A stretch of 64,000 bases of DNA, from assembly GCA_963714975.1 (NCBI GenBank), contig CAVQQD010000002.1, forward strand, positions 672,001 to 736,000, in the 5' to 3' direction. The stretch comes from an uncultured Gammaproteobacteria bacterium (GTDB taxonomy: Bacteria > Pseudomonadota > Gammaproteobacteria > JAURND01). The translations under genes and the position numbers were made by a program. This document shows, in pieces, positions 43,976-54,518 of the stretch. How positions within the stretch are numbered: position 1 is the stretch's first letter; every line of letters begins with the position of its first letter. A model generated the notes under the pieces. That model did no database searches, was not told the DNA's origin, and saw only the letters and a program-made list of their open reading frames with translations.

Positions 43976-45403
43976 ATGCGTGTTGCAAGTATTATTGCTA
44001 ATAATTATGTCACTGCTCAGCAGCAAATAGCTGAAGCGGTCCCCTATGCTGACGTGATTGAATTACGTTTAGATTATTGGTCTAGTTTAGAGATTAGTGA
44101 AGTAAAAGAATTACGCGATTCCCTCACTTTACCAGTATTATTTACCTTGCGCACGAAAAGCCAAGGGGGTCATTGCACGCTTGAAGAATCGCAGCGTTTA
44201 TTGTTGCTTGAGCAATTGGCAAGTTTATTACCAGATTATATGGATTTGGAATTTGACGTTCCGGTTGAGTTTGCGCTTGCTTTGCGAGAAGAGTTTCCAC
44301 AAATTCAATTGATTCGCTCCTACCATGATTTTACTCAGACCCCAAATAATTTAGAAGCTTTGCTGCAAAAATTATATCATCCAGCCTTTCATTTCATTAA
44401 GATCGCAGTGTTTGCGCACACTATTCTCGACACGCTGCGTTTATTGCTATTTATCCAGCAAAATAGCCAAAAATATTCACTCATTGGCATTGCTATGGGC
44501 GAGTACGGCGAAGCCAGCCGCATTCTGGCACCAATATTGGGTAGTCGATTTACTTATGGCAGTATCAATACGGAGCAAGCAGCAGCGCCAGGGCAACTTA
44601 GTTTGGCAGAATTAACTAACACCTATCGGGTGCAGTTATTAAATCGGAGCACTGCTATTTATGCTTTGCTGGGGGACCCAGTAGCTTCAAGTCGCGGACC
44701 GATCTGGCATAATGCTTATTTTGCTAGTCATGATAAAAATGCAGTGTACATTCGCCTGCGTATTCCACCGGCTGATTTAGCGGCAGCAGTTGGGTATTTA
44801 CGACAATTACCCTTTTTTGGTTTTAGTCTCACCATGCCGCTAAAAGAAGATATTTGTCCGCATTTGGATCAGATCGATGAAGCGGATAAAGCCATTGGGG
44901 CGATTAATTCTATTGTAGTTACCGATGGAAAATGGCTTGGATTTAATACTGACGGTAAGGGAGCTATTGCTGCCATTGCTCAGCAGACAAGTGTCGCGAA
45001 TAAAACCGTGGTTATTTTAGGCGCGGGTGGGTCAGCAAAAGCGATTGCATTTGAGGCCGCAAAGCAAGGTGCTAAGCTTATTGTATTAAATCGCACTCCC
45101 GAGAAAGCAGAGCAATTGGCGCGATGGCTCAAAGCTAGAGGAGGTGGATTTGATCAACGCGATGGGTTATTAACAGAGGGTTATGATGTACTGATCAATA
45201 CCTTACCTCCTGCGGTCAATAATCGTGTCGAAGATTTTCCCTTACAAGCCACGCATTTTTTGCCAGGCGCAGTGGTAATGGATATTGTTTACAACCAAGG
45301 TGACACAGCCTTTCTCAAGTTAGCTAAATTAGCTGGCTGTCGCATTGTCGACGGTAATGAGATGTTTGTCCAACAGGCACTTTTACAACAGCAACGATGG
45401 TAA
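43976..45403 (+). CDS. aroDE: bifunctional type I 3-dehydroquinate dehydratase/shikimate dehydrogenase
   Basis: IELRLD, FTLR...QGG, SYHDF, IKIA, AMG..G..SR, AAPGQ (AroD); then G.PV..S..P..HN, TMPLKE, GFNTDG, LGAGGSAKA, NRT, DIVY (AroE). Confidence 0.92.
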   Translation: MRVASIIANNYVTAQQQIAEAVPYADVIELRLDYWSSLEISEVKELRDSLTLPVLFTLRTKSQGGHCTLEESQRLLLLEQLASLLPDYMDLEFDVPVEFALALREEFPQIQLIRSYHDFTQTPNNLEALLQKLYHPAFHFIKIAVFAHTILDTLRLLLFIQQNSQKYSLIGIAMGEYGEASRILAPILGSRFTYGSINTEQAAAPGQLSLAELTNTYRVQLLNRSTAIYALLGDPVASSRGPIWHNAYFASHDKNAVYIRLRIPPADLAAAVGYLRQLPFFGFSLTMPLKEDICPHLDQIDEADKAIGAINSIVVTDGKWLGFNTDGKGAIAAIAQQTSVANKTVVILGAGGSAKAIAFEAAKQGAKLIVLNRTPEKAEQLARWLKARGGGFDQRDGLLTEGYDVLINTLPPAVNNRVEDFPLQATHFLPGAVVMDIVYNQGDTAFLKLAKLAGCRIVDGNEMFVQQALLQQQRW

Positions 45404-45465
45404 GAGGGTGACAGTACCAGGAGTTCTGAGCTAAAATTCAGGAAATTCCTTAATCAGGCCTCTTT

Positions 45466-47172
45466 ATGCAATTACCATTAGGTTATGATAATTTCAAAGC
45501 AATTATCGACAAACAACTGGATTTTGTGGATAAAAGCTTATTGATCAAAGAAATTCTTGATGACTTTGCAACACAGATCGTTGTAATCACCCGTCCGCGC
45601 CGTTTTGGCAAAACTTTAAATTTATCCATGTTGCATCACTTTTTAGCAGCAGAGGCGTATGGACAATCCACGCAGGGATTATTCGATGGCCTAAAAATTT
45701 CGGCTTTGAGCCAGGAGTATCTGCAACATCAAGGCCACTATCCCGTGATCTTTGTTACCTTTAAGGATGTTAAAGATCATGGTTTTGAAGAAGCGCTACA
45801 AAAACTAGCGATCTTAATGATGAAAGTATATGCAGAACATCGTTATTTATTAGCAAGTCCCCAATTATACGCGGCAGACAAAATATTTTATAACAATATC
45901 CTAAATCTAGAAGCCAATCAAAGCATGCTGGAAGCAGCACTAGAACGCTTAACTTTTTATCTATTTCAGCATCATGGCGTCAAACCCTGGCTGCTGATTG
46001 ATGAATACGATACGCCGATTCAATCTAGTTATTTGTATGATTATTACCGACCCATGGTAAATTGCTTACGTAATGTATTTGGCGTTGCATTAAAAACTAA
46101 TCCTTACCTGGAAAAAGCGGTGATTACCGGTATCTTGCGAGTGGCAAAAGAAAGTTTGTTTTCCGGGTTAAATAACTTAAAAGTGTACACCCTAACCAAT
46201 TCTCAATACGGGCAGTATTTTGGTTTTACTGAAGAGGAGGTCGGAAATTTATTACATAGGGCAGGATTGCAACAACAAGCTCAGGCTATTCGGGATTGGT
46301 ACAATGGCTATCAAGTAGGAACCCACACGGTTTACAATCCTTGGTCCATGGTGAATTGCATTCGCGAACAAGGCGAGTTAGCGGCTTACTGGGTCAATAC
46401 CAGTGATAACCAATTAATTAAAACCATCTTGCTTGGTTCCAGTGAAAGTTTTAGAACACAATTTGAGGATTTATTACAAAATAAAACAGTCAAAAAAATC
46501 ATCGACGAAAATATGGTATTTGATGATCTGAGAAAAAATGAAAAAGCGGCCTGGAGTTTGTTGTTTATGGCGGGCTACTTAAAGGTGATTTCTTCCGAGC
46601 GAATTGAAGCGCAATTGCATTGCCAATTAGATATTCCCAATCGCGAAGTGCGTAGTTTATATCGCGAAATTATTCGGCAATGGTTATCGAATGGTTATGG
46701 CACAGAATGGTTCGATTCCTTTTTAAATCATTTACTCACGGGTAATTTAGTCGCCTTTGAGCATGATTTAAAACATCTGGTGGAGGAAACGTTTAGCGTC
46801 CACGATGTCTCTAAAGATCCCGAAGTTTTTTATCATGGCTTTATGGTGGGTGCAACGGCGAGCCTTTACAACAATCGAAATTATGAAATTAAATCGAATC
46901 GAGAGAGTGGCTATGGTCGTTATGACTACATGATATTTTCTCATGATGAAAACAAGCCGACCATTATAATTGAACTCAAACGCGTGCCAAAAAATACTCC
47001 GAATTTAGATCAGGCATTAGAACATGCAGCACAACAAGCTTTGGAGCAAATACAATTACAAAGTTATACAACTGAAGCCAGGCAGCGAGGCAGAACTAAT
47101 ATACTAAAACTTGGTTTGGCTTTTTCGGGCAAGCAGTTTAGACTACTATCACTCTTTGAGGAACGAAAATGA
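45466..47172 (+). CDS. AAA-ATPase-like protein with a C-terminal PD-(D/E)XK nuclease domain
   Basis: VDKS, TRPRRFGKTLNLSML, LIDEYDTP, TGILRVAKES.FSGLNN, YNPWS, IPN.EV, SNRESGYGRYD, IIELK, ALEQI. Confidence 0.9.
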   Translation: MQLPLGYDNFKAIIDKQLDFVDKSLLIKEILDDFATQIVVITRPRRFGKTLNLSMLHHFLAAEAYGQSTQGLFDGLKISALSQEYLQHQGHYPVIFVTFKDVKDHGFEEALQKLAILMMKVYAEHRYLLASPQLYAADKIFYNNILNLEANQSMLEAALERLTFYLFQHHGVKPWLLIDEYDTPIQSSYLYDYYRPMVNCLRNVFGVALKTNPYLEKAVITGILRVAKESLFSGLNNLKVYTLTNSQYGQYFGFTEEEVGNLLHRAGLQQQAQAIRDWYNGYQVGTHTVYNPWSMVNCIREQGELAAYWVNTSDNQLIKTILLGSSESFRTQFEDLLQNKTVKKIIDENMVFDDLRKNEKAAWSLLFMAGYLKVISSERIEAQLHCQLDIPNREVRSLYREIIRQWLSNGYGTEWFDSFLNHLLTGNLVAFEHDLKHLVEETFSVHDVSKDPEVFYHGFMVGATASLYNNRNYEIKSNRESGYGRYDYMIFSHDENKPTIIIELKRVPKNTPNLDQALEHAAQQALEQIQLQSYTTEARQRGRTNILKLGLAFSGKQFRLLSLFEERK

Positions 47173-47996
47173 TTCTTGAGCAATCTGAATTAGGCAAAAA
47201 TGCAGCTTACGACAGTCAGTATGATCCTAGCAAACTTTTCGCATTCCCACGTAAAATAAAGCGAGAAGAAGTTGGTATTTTCGATAAATTGCCTTTTTAT
47301 GGATTTGATCTTTGGAACCATTATGAAGTTTCTTGGTTGAATGAAAAAGGCAAACCGGTGGTTGCTTTAGCCGAAATTATTTATAGTTGTGATTCGGAAA
47401 GTATTATTGAATCCAAATCGATGAAACTTTATTTTAATTCTTTTAACAACACCCACTTTAAAGATGTAAGTCAGGTACAAGCGGTTATTCAGCGGGATTT
47501 AGCAGTGCGGATTAAGGGTTCTGTTGTTACTGTGCGCATTATTCCGATTGAGCTTTTTACCGAAGATAAATTGAGTAAATTAACTGGTATTTGCCTAGAT
47601 GAATTAGATGTAGCTTGTTCGGTGTACCATACCGAGCCTAATTTTTTAGTAACGGCAAATGAATTAGTGACGGAGACAGTATATTCTCATTTGTTAAAAT
47701 CAAATTGTTTAATGACCAGTCAGCCTGATTGGTGCAGTGTACAAATCACTTATCAAGGCAAGAAAATAAATCATGCAGGATTATTGCAGTACATTGTTTC
47801 ATTTCGTAATGAAAATGAATTTCATGAACCCTGTATCGAGAAAATTTTTATGCATATTATGCAACGTTGCCAGCCGACGGACTTGACAGTATTTGGTTGG
47901 TCAACCCGCAGAGGAGGGGTGGATATTAACTCCAAACGTTCTACCCGACCCATCGATCCAAACGCAATGCCTAATAGTAGATTGTGCCGTCAATGA
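47169..47996 (+). CDS. queF: NADPH-dependent 7-cyano-7-deazaguanine reductase (long type)
   Basis: YE.SWLN.KGKP, IESKSMKLYFNS, LLKSNC..T.QPDW, EFHE.C.E, TRRGG.DIN. Confidence 0.94.
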   Translation: MILEQSELGKNAAYDSQYDPSKLFAFPRKIKREEVGIFDKLPFYGFDLWNHYEVSWLNEKGKPVVALAEIIYSCDSESIIESKSMKLYFNSFNNTHFKDVSQVQAVIQRDLAVRIKGSVVTVRIIPIELFTEDKLSKLTGICLDELDVACSVYHTEPNFLVTANELVTETVYSHLLKSNCLMTSQPDWCSVQITYQGKKINHAGLLQYIVSFRNENEFHEPCIEKIFMHIMQRCQPTDLTVFGWSTRRGGVDINSKRSTRPIDPNAMPNSRLCRQ

Positions 47997-48011
47997 GCTA
48001 TCCAATTCCGG

Positions 48012-49205
48012 CTAAAATACTTTATGCGTTAAGGCATATTCAGCCAGCAAAAACATCGAGGCGTTCCAGGTTTGACCAGGCATACCATAGGGTTCGCCGG
48101 TAATCCCATGGAACCACTCATTGAATTCCCAATTATTTTTCTGATTGGCGATTGCTAGGGCGACTAAAGCATCGATAGCTTCTTCTTTATAACCCAGCAC
48201 TCCTAACGCAATCACCCAAAAGCCACCAATAAAAGGCCACGCTCCACCATTATGATAACAATATTCACGGTTTTGCTGATGACGGACCATATAAGTTCGC
48301 CACAGCGGATCGTTCGAGGTGATGGGCGTGAGTGTCGCCTTAACGGGTATCGGGACTTCAATATGCTCGCGGAGCAAAAAGCGCACTATTTGATTACGCC
48401 GTGTGTGGTCGGGTATGCCAAATAAAATGGCCAGTAAATTACCTAAAATATCTCCTTCCTCGCCAAAAAAGGAAAAGTTTACAAAACTTAAATATAAATG
48501 CTGATAAGAGAGTTTTTTGCGCAGGTAGTGCATTAATAGGCGCAAGCGCCGATATTCAGGCAAATCTCGAGTAAATGGGTGAAATAGGTGGTTAAAATGG
48601 TGCCGCGTTTCCTGGAAGTGCGGTAATTCATAGCAGCGTTTTACTTGGTACCATAAGGCATTCGAATAAAGCACAAATCCAGAGCGAGGCATGATATCAG
48701 CCCAATCGCTTGCTTCATTTTGTTGTAACAAGTAAAGACGGGGATGCTCTTGGCAACGCAGCCAACAAAGGGCCTTAGTAATTTTTTCAGAAAGCTCCGC
48801 TTGTAAATTAATTTCGGTACGGCGGGTCACAAAATCAATAGCTAACAACCACCATAAAGTGGCATCAATACAACCTATGTACCAAAAATCTCCTTCTTTT
48901 TGGGCAGGATCAACATATTTAGGAATCTGTCCATTAGCCGCTTGATGATCAGCCAGAGTACGTAAACTGGTACAAGCCCCTTTTATTAGCTCTTCGTCTT
49001 GGGAAATGACCATGCCAAAGGCAGCAATAGCAGCATCCCGTCCAAAGATACAATGGTAATGGCGCTTATCCTCTTCAGGTTTTACATGGGCAGCAGCGAT
49101 GCCGTAAGGTGTAAGATTTTGATGTAATGTTTTGCAAGCATAATAATGGCATTCTTCTAAGAAGGCTTGAAAGTCGTTTTTTCCATGGCGTATTTCCTTT
49201 TTCAT
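48012..49205 (-). CDS. (alpha/alpha)6 glycoside hydrolase, GH100/amylo-alpha-1,6-glucosidase-like
   Basis: IFGRDA, GQIP, IDATLWW, SDWAD, YHNGG.WP, FNEW.HG, QTWNA motifs. Confidence 0.8.
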   Translation of the reverse strand: MKKEIRHGKNDFQAFLEECHYYACKTLHQNLTPYGIAAAHVKPEEDKRHYHCIFGRDAAIAAFGMVISQDEELIKGACTSLRTLADHQAANGQIPKYVDPAQKEGDFWYIGCIDATLWWLLAIDFVTRRTEINLQAELSEKITKALCWLRCQEHPRLYLLQQNEASDWADIMPRSGFVLYSNALWYQVKRCYELPHFQETRHHFNHLFHPFTRDLPEYRRLRLLMHYLRKKLSYQHLYLSFVNFSFFGEEGDILGNLLAILFGIPDHTRRNQIVRFLLREHIEVPIPVKATLTPITSNDPLWRTYMVRHQQNREYCYHNGGAWPFIGGFWVIALGVLGYKEEAIDALVALAIANQKNNWEFNEWFHGITGEPYGMPGQTWNASMFLLAEYALTHKVF

Positions 49206-49220
49206 AAGGAAATTATAGTT

Positions 49221-49254
49221 CCCTTCGAGACGCTTCGCTCCTCGGGACGAACGG
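49221..49254. repeat. short REP-like palindrome (CCGTTCGTCC family)
   Basis: CCCTTCGAGACGCTTCGCTCCTCGGGACGAACGG; single copy in this window. Confidence 0.5.
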
Positions 49255-49258
49255 TTAT

Positions 49259-49906
49259 CTATGGCAGTAGAGTAATATTCCCATCAATTGGGATATTAAT
49301 CTGGCTGCGGGGGGGGATTGTCTTAAAAATAGCCAATAAATCTTCTTTAGCTAAGCTTACACAGCCTACGGTAGGGCCATATTGCCCTGGTCCGACTAAT
49401 CGAGCAACATGTACAAAAATAGCGCTGCCTTTACCCTTAACCACGGGATGGTCATTGTAACCAATGACCGCAATCAGGTCATAGACATCATCATCCCGCC
49501 ACAACTTTTCATGGCTGGGAAGTTGTTGTCCATTGAAGCTAGAAATTTTAATGTGTTGATTATAATAAGTGGAGTTAACATCATCGGCCCAACCATCATC
49601 GGGTGTTAGGGCTTGCACTTTAAATCCGCGTTGACCCATTTTTTGCACTATGGCTATCTCATCATGAGTTAATTTATCCGGGCGATAAAAAATTGCTTGG
49701 ATAGGAAATTGCCCAGCGGGAGTTGCTTGATCACCTTCCTGTTTATCATTACGCACGCCGTTTTTGCCGACCGCGCAAGGATATATGTGATGCGTAGTAA
49801 TAACCTCGCACGTTCGCTGAGTCACTAGGGTAGGAGGCGCAGAAACAGGGCTTGCCTGCGCTAGTTGCAGAGAAAGTCCAATTAATAGGAGTAATAATTT
49901 ATTCAT
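49259..49906 (-). CDS. L,D-transpeptidase (YkuD) family protein
   Basis: Signal peptide, K.EGD..TPAG, YN..PVVKGKGSAIFVH...PTVGCV (H...GC catalytic motif). Confidence 0.87.
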   Translation of the reverse strand: MNKLLLLLIGLSLQLAQASPVSAPPTLVTQRTCEVITTHHIYPCAVGKNGVRNDKQEGDQATPAGQFPIQAIFYRPDKLTHDEIAIVQKMGQRGFKVQALTPDDGWADDVNSTYYNQHIKISSFNGQQLPSHEKLWRDDDVYDLIAVIGYNDHPVVKGKGSAIFVHVARLVGPGQYGPTVGCVSLAKEDLLAIFKTIPPRSQINIPIDGNITLLP

Positions 49907-49937
49907 CTTGACATCCTCGCTTCACTCGGGTGAGTAA

Positions 49938-52541
49938 TTATAACGCGCCTAAATATGTTTGTAGCGTCAAATTTTGGGTTGCTGGTGGAGTAGTGCGCTG
50001 TCTTAGCGAATTATCAGTCAATGATGAAGGCCCCTCAATCTTCTCGCTACTTTTATGCGATGAGTTATTGCTGATTCGTAATCGATCGCTAACTTCCTTC
50101 TCAACCTCCGGCCTTATTTCATCCTCGATACCAGAAAACCTTTTTTCTCTCTCCGCTATAATTTTCTGAGATGTGTCATTTTCATTGCATTGCTTAACAT
50201 AATCAATTACATGCATTCCAGGCTGAGTTTGTTGCCGCTGTTCTTCTGTAATGAGGTAGGACAAGGATCGTTTTAGGCTTTCTCTAGTGTTTTCTATAGT
50301 ACTTTGCCTCTGGCTTAATCGCTCTTTATCTTCTGGTTTTGCTTTGTCTGTAACGCCAGCTTCAATTAAAGCTTGTTTATACTCCGCTATTTTCATAGTT
50401 ATTTGATGTTGATACGAAGCAAGCACTGCCTCATCCATTTTCTTTGTCGCAGCTGTTCTTTCCTCCTCAGTGGTATTTTTTTTGCTATCTGCGGGCTTCG
50501 GTAATTGCTTTCGCAAGTCAGTTTGAGCTCTCGTAATCTCTTTCCGGTAATAGGGATCTATATTCAAGTCTTTCATCAGGGTTTGATTTTGTAACCACTC
50601 GGGCCAGCTTGTTTTATCAGGGTGATTTATATTGCTGAACTTTTTACTTATTTCCCACCTTTTCCAAAGTATGATAAAAAGGGCGAGAAGTGCTGCTGCT
50701 CCTACTGTAGCAGTGATTAGGCTAGCTGCTGTTTGCTCTAGTGGAATCAGATGGAAATCCAAAAAATTCATAGTGCTCGGTAAGACTGCCGTAATATCGG
50801 CAAGGATCAAAAATAAAGGTAAAGTTAGCCATCTCTCTATTTTTTCCAATTGTTGTCTTTTCGAGTAGGCAAGACAAAAACCTACGCGCGCTTTCCGCAC
50901 CGCTTCTCCATAGACTTTAATGGCCTCTTGAAATTGTTTTATTTGCGCAGGGTTCTTATAATCTAAATAAATACCCAAAGACTGTAGCCATTTATTCATA
51001 TTACTACAGAGGTGATTTAACTTCCCAATGTGGTTTTCGCCCAACATAGCATCGACGCTGCAGTACCGCATCTCATTGCCATTTTGCGCGAAAGCATCTG
51101 TAAATCCAAATGTTGCTATGCGATTAGAATGTGACTTTGTCTCTTTTGACTCAGGGCGTTTTAAAATATCTTCTTTTTTATAGCTAACTTGTTTTTGTAA
51201 TTCACTTGCTAATTTTTCTGATTCAGTTTTAAATTGCTGGAAAACCTTAGTGTTTTGTTCATCAATTGCAGTTATTTTTTTGTTTAAGAGCGCTTTCTCC
51301 AGAGTCGAATAAGCTATTCTTTCCCTAATTTTTTCCAGCCAACTCTTCCAAAAATCTTCCAGGTAAGGGAAACTGATAGAGGCAATAGGAGTGATGTTTT
51401 CTTTATGTGGTTGCAGCTCTTTTAAGCCACGAAGTATTCCCGTGTAGTATGCTGTTGGATAAATGGAATATAGTTGCATCCATCTCAGAGGAATATCCTT
51501 CCTATTATAAAATTGTTGGTAGGGCTCCAGAAATAAACCCATTCCCAGCGCTCCTATTTTATAATTAATATTTTGTTCATCGTTTAAAATCGCCATACTA
51601 GAAGTATTAATAGCACCGGCAACTACCATATTTGCTATGTGTTGGATGTAAGGTTCGGTATCCACTATCTCAATAATAGTATCTTTTCCATCTTTGATTG
51701 GCTGGTAACGACCGCCGGATAAATAATGTGGATCCTGAATTTTTTTATTTTCGGATTGCACTGCAAGGTTTCGTTCTTGCTCTTCATACTTTTTCATAGC
51801 TTCAGAAAAAGAAATAGGCTGCTCATCTGCAGGTAAAAGCTGTTTCAGCAAAAATTCATCTAAAGCGCCTTGTCTCATTGAGTCAAATTTTTTGCCACTC
51901 TCCTTGCTTTCTTTTGTTGGATTTTTTATCTCAGTTTCGTCTCTTCTAATGTGATGTAAGCGCCCGGTATTGGAAGGCGTTTGGTATTGCAGAGCAGGTT
52001 GATCAATCAAGAAGTCTATTTCAGGTGATCCGAGTTCCGTACGTGTTGAACTTTGGGGATAGCCTCCTATATGAGTGGCCCAAGCTCGACCCGTGAGTTG
52101 ACACCGGGATATTAAATCTCGGATTGTGTGCAGAATTGAGATCGGCAAATCCCCGGCGATCCCAAAATCTTCCATACCTGTGGAATTTAATCTGTGATTA
52201 CGAAATAACTGTAAATGGTAGAGTGTCACATCCTTAAAAATTTGTGGGTATTCAATAATTTCTGCAGGAGACTCAGATTTTTCAATCCTTAATTTTTTTC
52301 CCGCCAGGTGTGGATGGAGTATCTCTAAAGCATCTCGTACTGCTGGATCAGCAAAAATAAAAACCGTGGGATTCTGAGCCAGGGCAACATATTTGGGGTC
52401 CTGCTTGTCTCTTGCTTGCACAATAACCGCTTCCTGCGTTGGATCGGGGAGCATAGCTTTTTTAGTATCGGGAGGAGAAAAAAAACCTGAGGGGTTCTGG
52501 GAGTCGGGCGTTGATGGCGGCTGGGCCTTTTGGTTAGTCAT
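49938..52541 (-). CDS. large hypothetical protein with a TM pair and coiled-coil C-terminus (candidate effector)
   Basis: 867-aa ORF with a globular N-domain, two TM segments around aa 570-630 and a charged helical tail. Confidence 0.65.
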   Translation of the reverse strand: MTNQKAQPPSTPDSQNPSGFFSPPDTKKAMLPDPTQEAVIVQARDKQDPKYVALAQNPTVFIFADPAVRDALEILHPHLAGKKLRIEKSESPAEIIEYPQIFKDVTLYHLQLFRNHRLNSTGMEDFGIAGDLPISILHTIRDLISRCQLTGRAWATHIGGYPQSSTRTELGSPEIDFLIDQPALQYQTPSNTGRLHHIRRDETEIKNPTKESKESGKKFDSMRQGALDEFLLKQLLPADEQPISFSEAMKKYEEQERNLAVQSENKKIQDPHYLSGGRYQPIKDGKDTIIEIVDTEPYIQHIANMVVAGAINTSSMAILNDEQNINYKIGALGMGLFLEPYQQFYNRKDIPLRWMQLYSIYPTAYYTGILRGLKELQPHKENITPIASISFPYLEDFWKSWLEKIRERIAYSTLEKALLNKKITAIDEQNTKVFQQFKTESEKLASELQKQVSYKKEDILKRPESKETKSHSNRIATFGFTDAFAQNGNEMRYCSVDAMLGENHIGKLNHLCSNMNKWLQSLGIYLDYKNPAQIKQFQEAIKVYGEAVRKARVGFCLAYSKRQQLEKIERWLTLPLFLILADITAVLPSTMNFLDFHLIPLEQTAASLITATVGAAALLALFIILWKRWEISKKFSNINHPDKTSWPEWLQNQTLMKDLNIDPYYRKEITRAQTDLRKQLPKPADSKKNTTEEERTAATKKMDEAVLASYQHQITMKIAEYKQALIEAGVTDKAKPEDKERLSQRQSTIENTRESLKRSLSYLITEEQRQQTQPGMHVIDYVKQCNENDTSQKIIAEREKRFSGIEDEIRPEVEKEVSDRLRISNNSSHKSSEKIEGPSSLTDNSLRQRTTPPATQNLTLQTYLGAL

Positions 52542-52723
52542 AATGGTTGCTCATTTAGTAAATTCATAGTGTTAGAAGTTAGAACCAACATTACCTGATC
52601 TATCTTAACTGAATATGAACAGTAACATTTTCTAGCGGCTGGCTTCAGCGATCATTAATAACGGGGTGGGTGCTAGCAAGAGCTTCTTAGTAGCGATAAA
52701 ACCCATGTCGTATTTTCTCCAAT

Positions 52724-53416
52724 TTAAACCGAATCTGTCTTTTCTGCGAGTGCTTTGAGTAATGCCTGTGCTGCGGCGGTGGAAGATGCAGGATTCTGAC
52801 CCGTGATAAGACGACCATCAATAACTACAAAGCTTTGCCAATTGGGTGCTTGTTCAAACTGTCCACCTAAACGTTTCAGCTCATCCTCAACTAGGAACGG
52901 TACAATTTTCGTAAGCTGCACTTCTTCCTCTTCACTATTGGTAAAACCAGTTACGCGCTTAGCTTTTACCAGGGGCTCCCCTTGGTAAGTCACTTTATGG
53001 AGTACACCAGGCGCATGGCATACTAAAGCAATAAACTTACCAGAATTGTAAAAAGATTCGAGCAGAGCAATTGAATCGGGACTTTCGGCAAGATCCCACA
53101 TAGGGCCATGTCCACCCGGATAGAATACTGTATCAAAATCTTCTGCTCGCATGTCAGCAAGCTTGGCTGTTTGAGAAAATGCTTTTTGTGCTATGGCATC
53201 TTGCTTGAATCGTGTCATGGCTGGGGTCTGATTTTCCGGCAAATCACTCTTTGGATCGATAGGGGGCTGTCCACCTTGAGGAGATGCTAAGGTAAGGTTA
53301 ACACCCGCATCGCGGAAAACAAAATACGGAGCTGCAAATTCTTCTAACCAAATACCAGTCTTGCGACCTGTATTACCTAGTTGGTCGTGCGAAGTCATAA
53401 CCATCAATATATCCAT
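52724..53416 (-). CDS. DJ-1/PfpI family (type 1 glutamine amidotransferase-like) protein
   Basis: TSHDQLG.TGRKTG.WLEE.AAPY, PGGHGPMWDL, VCHAP, LITGQNPASS. Confidence 0.93.
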   Translation of the reverse strand: MDILMVMTSHDQLGNTGRKTGIWLEEFAAPYFVFRDAGVNLTLASPQGGQPPIDPKSDLPENQTPAMTRFKQDAIAQKAFSQTAKLADMRAEDFDTVFYPGGHGPMWDLAESPDSIALLESFYNSGKFIALVCHAPGVLHKVTYQGEPLVKAKRVTGFTNSEEEEVQLTKIVPFLVEDELKRLGGQFEQAPNWQSFVVIDGRLITGQNPASSTAAAQALLKALAEKTDSV

Positions 53417-53571
53417 ATTTATTTTCTCTCTTTCCGAATTAATAATTACAGGATAGCTTACATCACTATTGAGCCAGTTGATTTATTCCTAAGTGACTTA
53501 TTGCGCTATCCAGTTTATAGTATTCGCTTCTGGATGAAAGTCAACTTAAAAACCATTGGATTTAGTTAAAT

Positions 53572-54423
53572 GTGAAAGCAGCTATCCGAGGTACTGAGAT
53601 CTATTTTGATATTGCTGGTATGCAATTCGCGCCGGAGGGGAAAACTTTTGTAGAGCGACCGGTGGTATTTATGCTGCATGGAGGTCCTGGTGGGAGTCAT
53701 TTACGGTATAAGCAATTTAGCTTGGAATTACAGGAAGTAGCACAACTGGTTTTTATTGATCACCGTGGCTGTGGCCTCAGCAAAAAGACTCGTGCTGCTG
53801 ATTATACTTTAGAAAATAATATTGAAGATATTGAGGCCTTGAGGCTCTTGTTGGGCTTACAACAGATCTGTATTTTGGGTACTTCCTATGGGGGAATAGT
53901 AGGCCAGGGTTATGCGATACGCTATCCGAAAAATGTCAGTAAATTACTTTTAGTCGCTACTGCTCCCAGTTATCGATTTATTGCTGAGGCGCAGCAAATT
54001 TTACAACAGCGCGGTAATCCAGCCCAAATTGCCATGGCTAAGCACCTCTGGGAAGGTTCCTTTAAAAATGCAGCACAGGTGGAAAAATTTTTTGCCTTGA
54101 TGGATCCACTGTATTGTTTGCAGGCGGGAAAAAATAAAAATTTGCGAGCTAAATTTAAATTAGAGTGGTCGTATTTAGCTCTAAATCAAGGTTTTGCTAG
54201 TTTTTTACGTCAATTCGATTTTATTCCTCAATTGCATAAAATTTCATGTCCCACCTTAATATTGGGTGGCGAAGATGATTGGATATGTAGCCCAAGTCAG
54301 GCGAAAATTTTGGCGAAATTTATTCCTCAGGCCAGCTTGAAATTATTCAAAAATTGTAGTCATGCTATTTCTGTGGATGCACATAAAAATTACATTAAGA
54401 TAATTAAAAGGTTTTTGCTTTAG
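53572..54423 (+). CDS. alpha/beta hydrolase (proline iminopeptidase-like)
   Basis: LHGGPG, DHRGCGLS, GTSYGG nucleophile elbow, G..DWIC, catalytic H near the C-terminus. Confidence 0.88.
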   Translation: MKAAIRGTEIYFDIAGMQFAPEGKTFVERPVVFMLHGGPGGSHLRYKQFSLELQEVAQLVFIDHRGCGLSKKTRAADYTLENNIEDIEALRLLLGLQQICILGTSYGGIVGQGYAIRYPKNVSKLLLVATAPSYRFIAEAQQILQQRGNPAQIAMAKHLWEGSFKNAAQVEKFFALMDPLYCLQAGKNKNLRAKFKLEWSYLALNQGFASFLRQFDFIPQLHKISCPTLILGGEDDWICSPSQAKILAKFIPQASLKLFKNCSHAISVDAHKNYIKIIKRFLL

Positions 54424-54518
54424 CATTCTTATGCATGCATTGTCTAATGGGATTTCACTTTACATCTTTCTTAGTGTTTGCTTAAATCGCAATTCCCAAT
54501 TAACGACAAGGAAACAGT

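Noticed and set aside
45466-47996. AAA-nuclease plus queF as a 7-deazaguanine defence system
   Set aside because: Despite the ATGA overlap there is no queC/D/E, dpdA or tatD nearby. QueF looks like the housekeeping enzyme, and this AAA-PD-(D/E)XK family often occurs at scattered positions.
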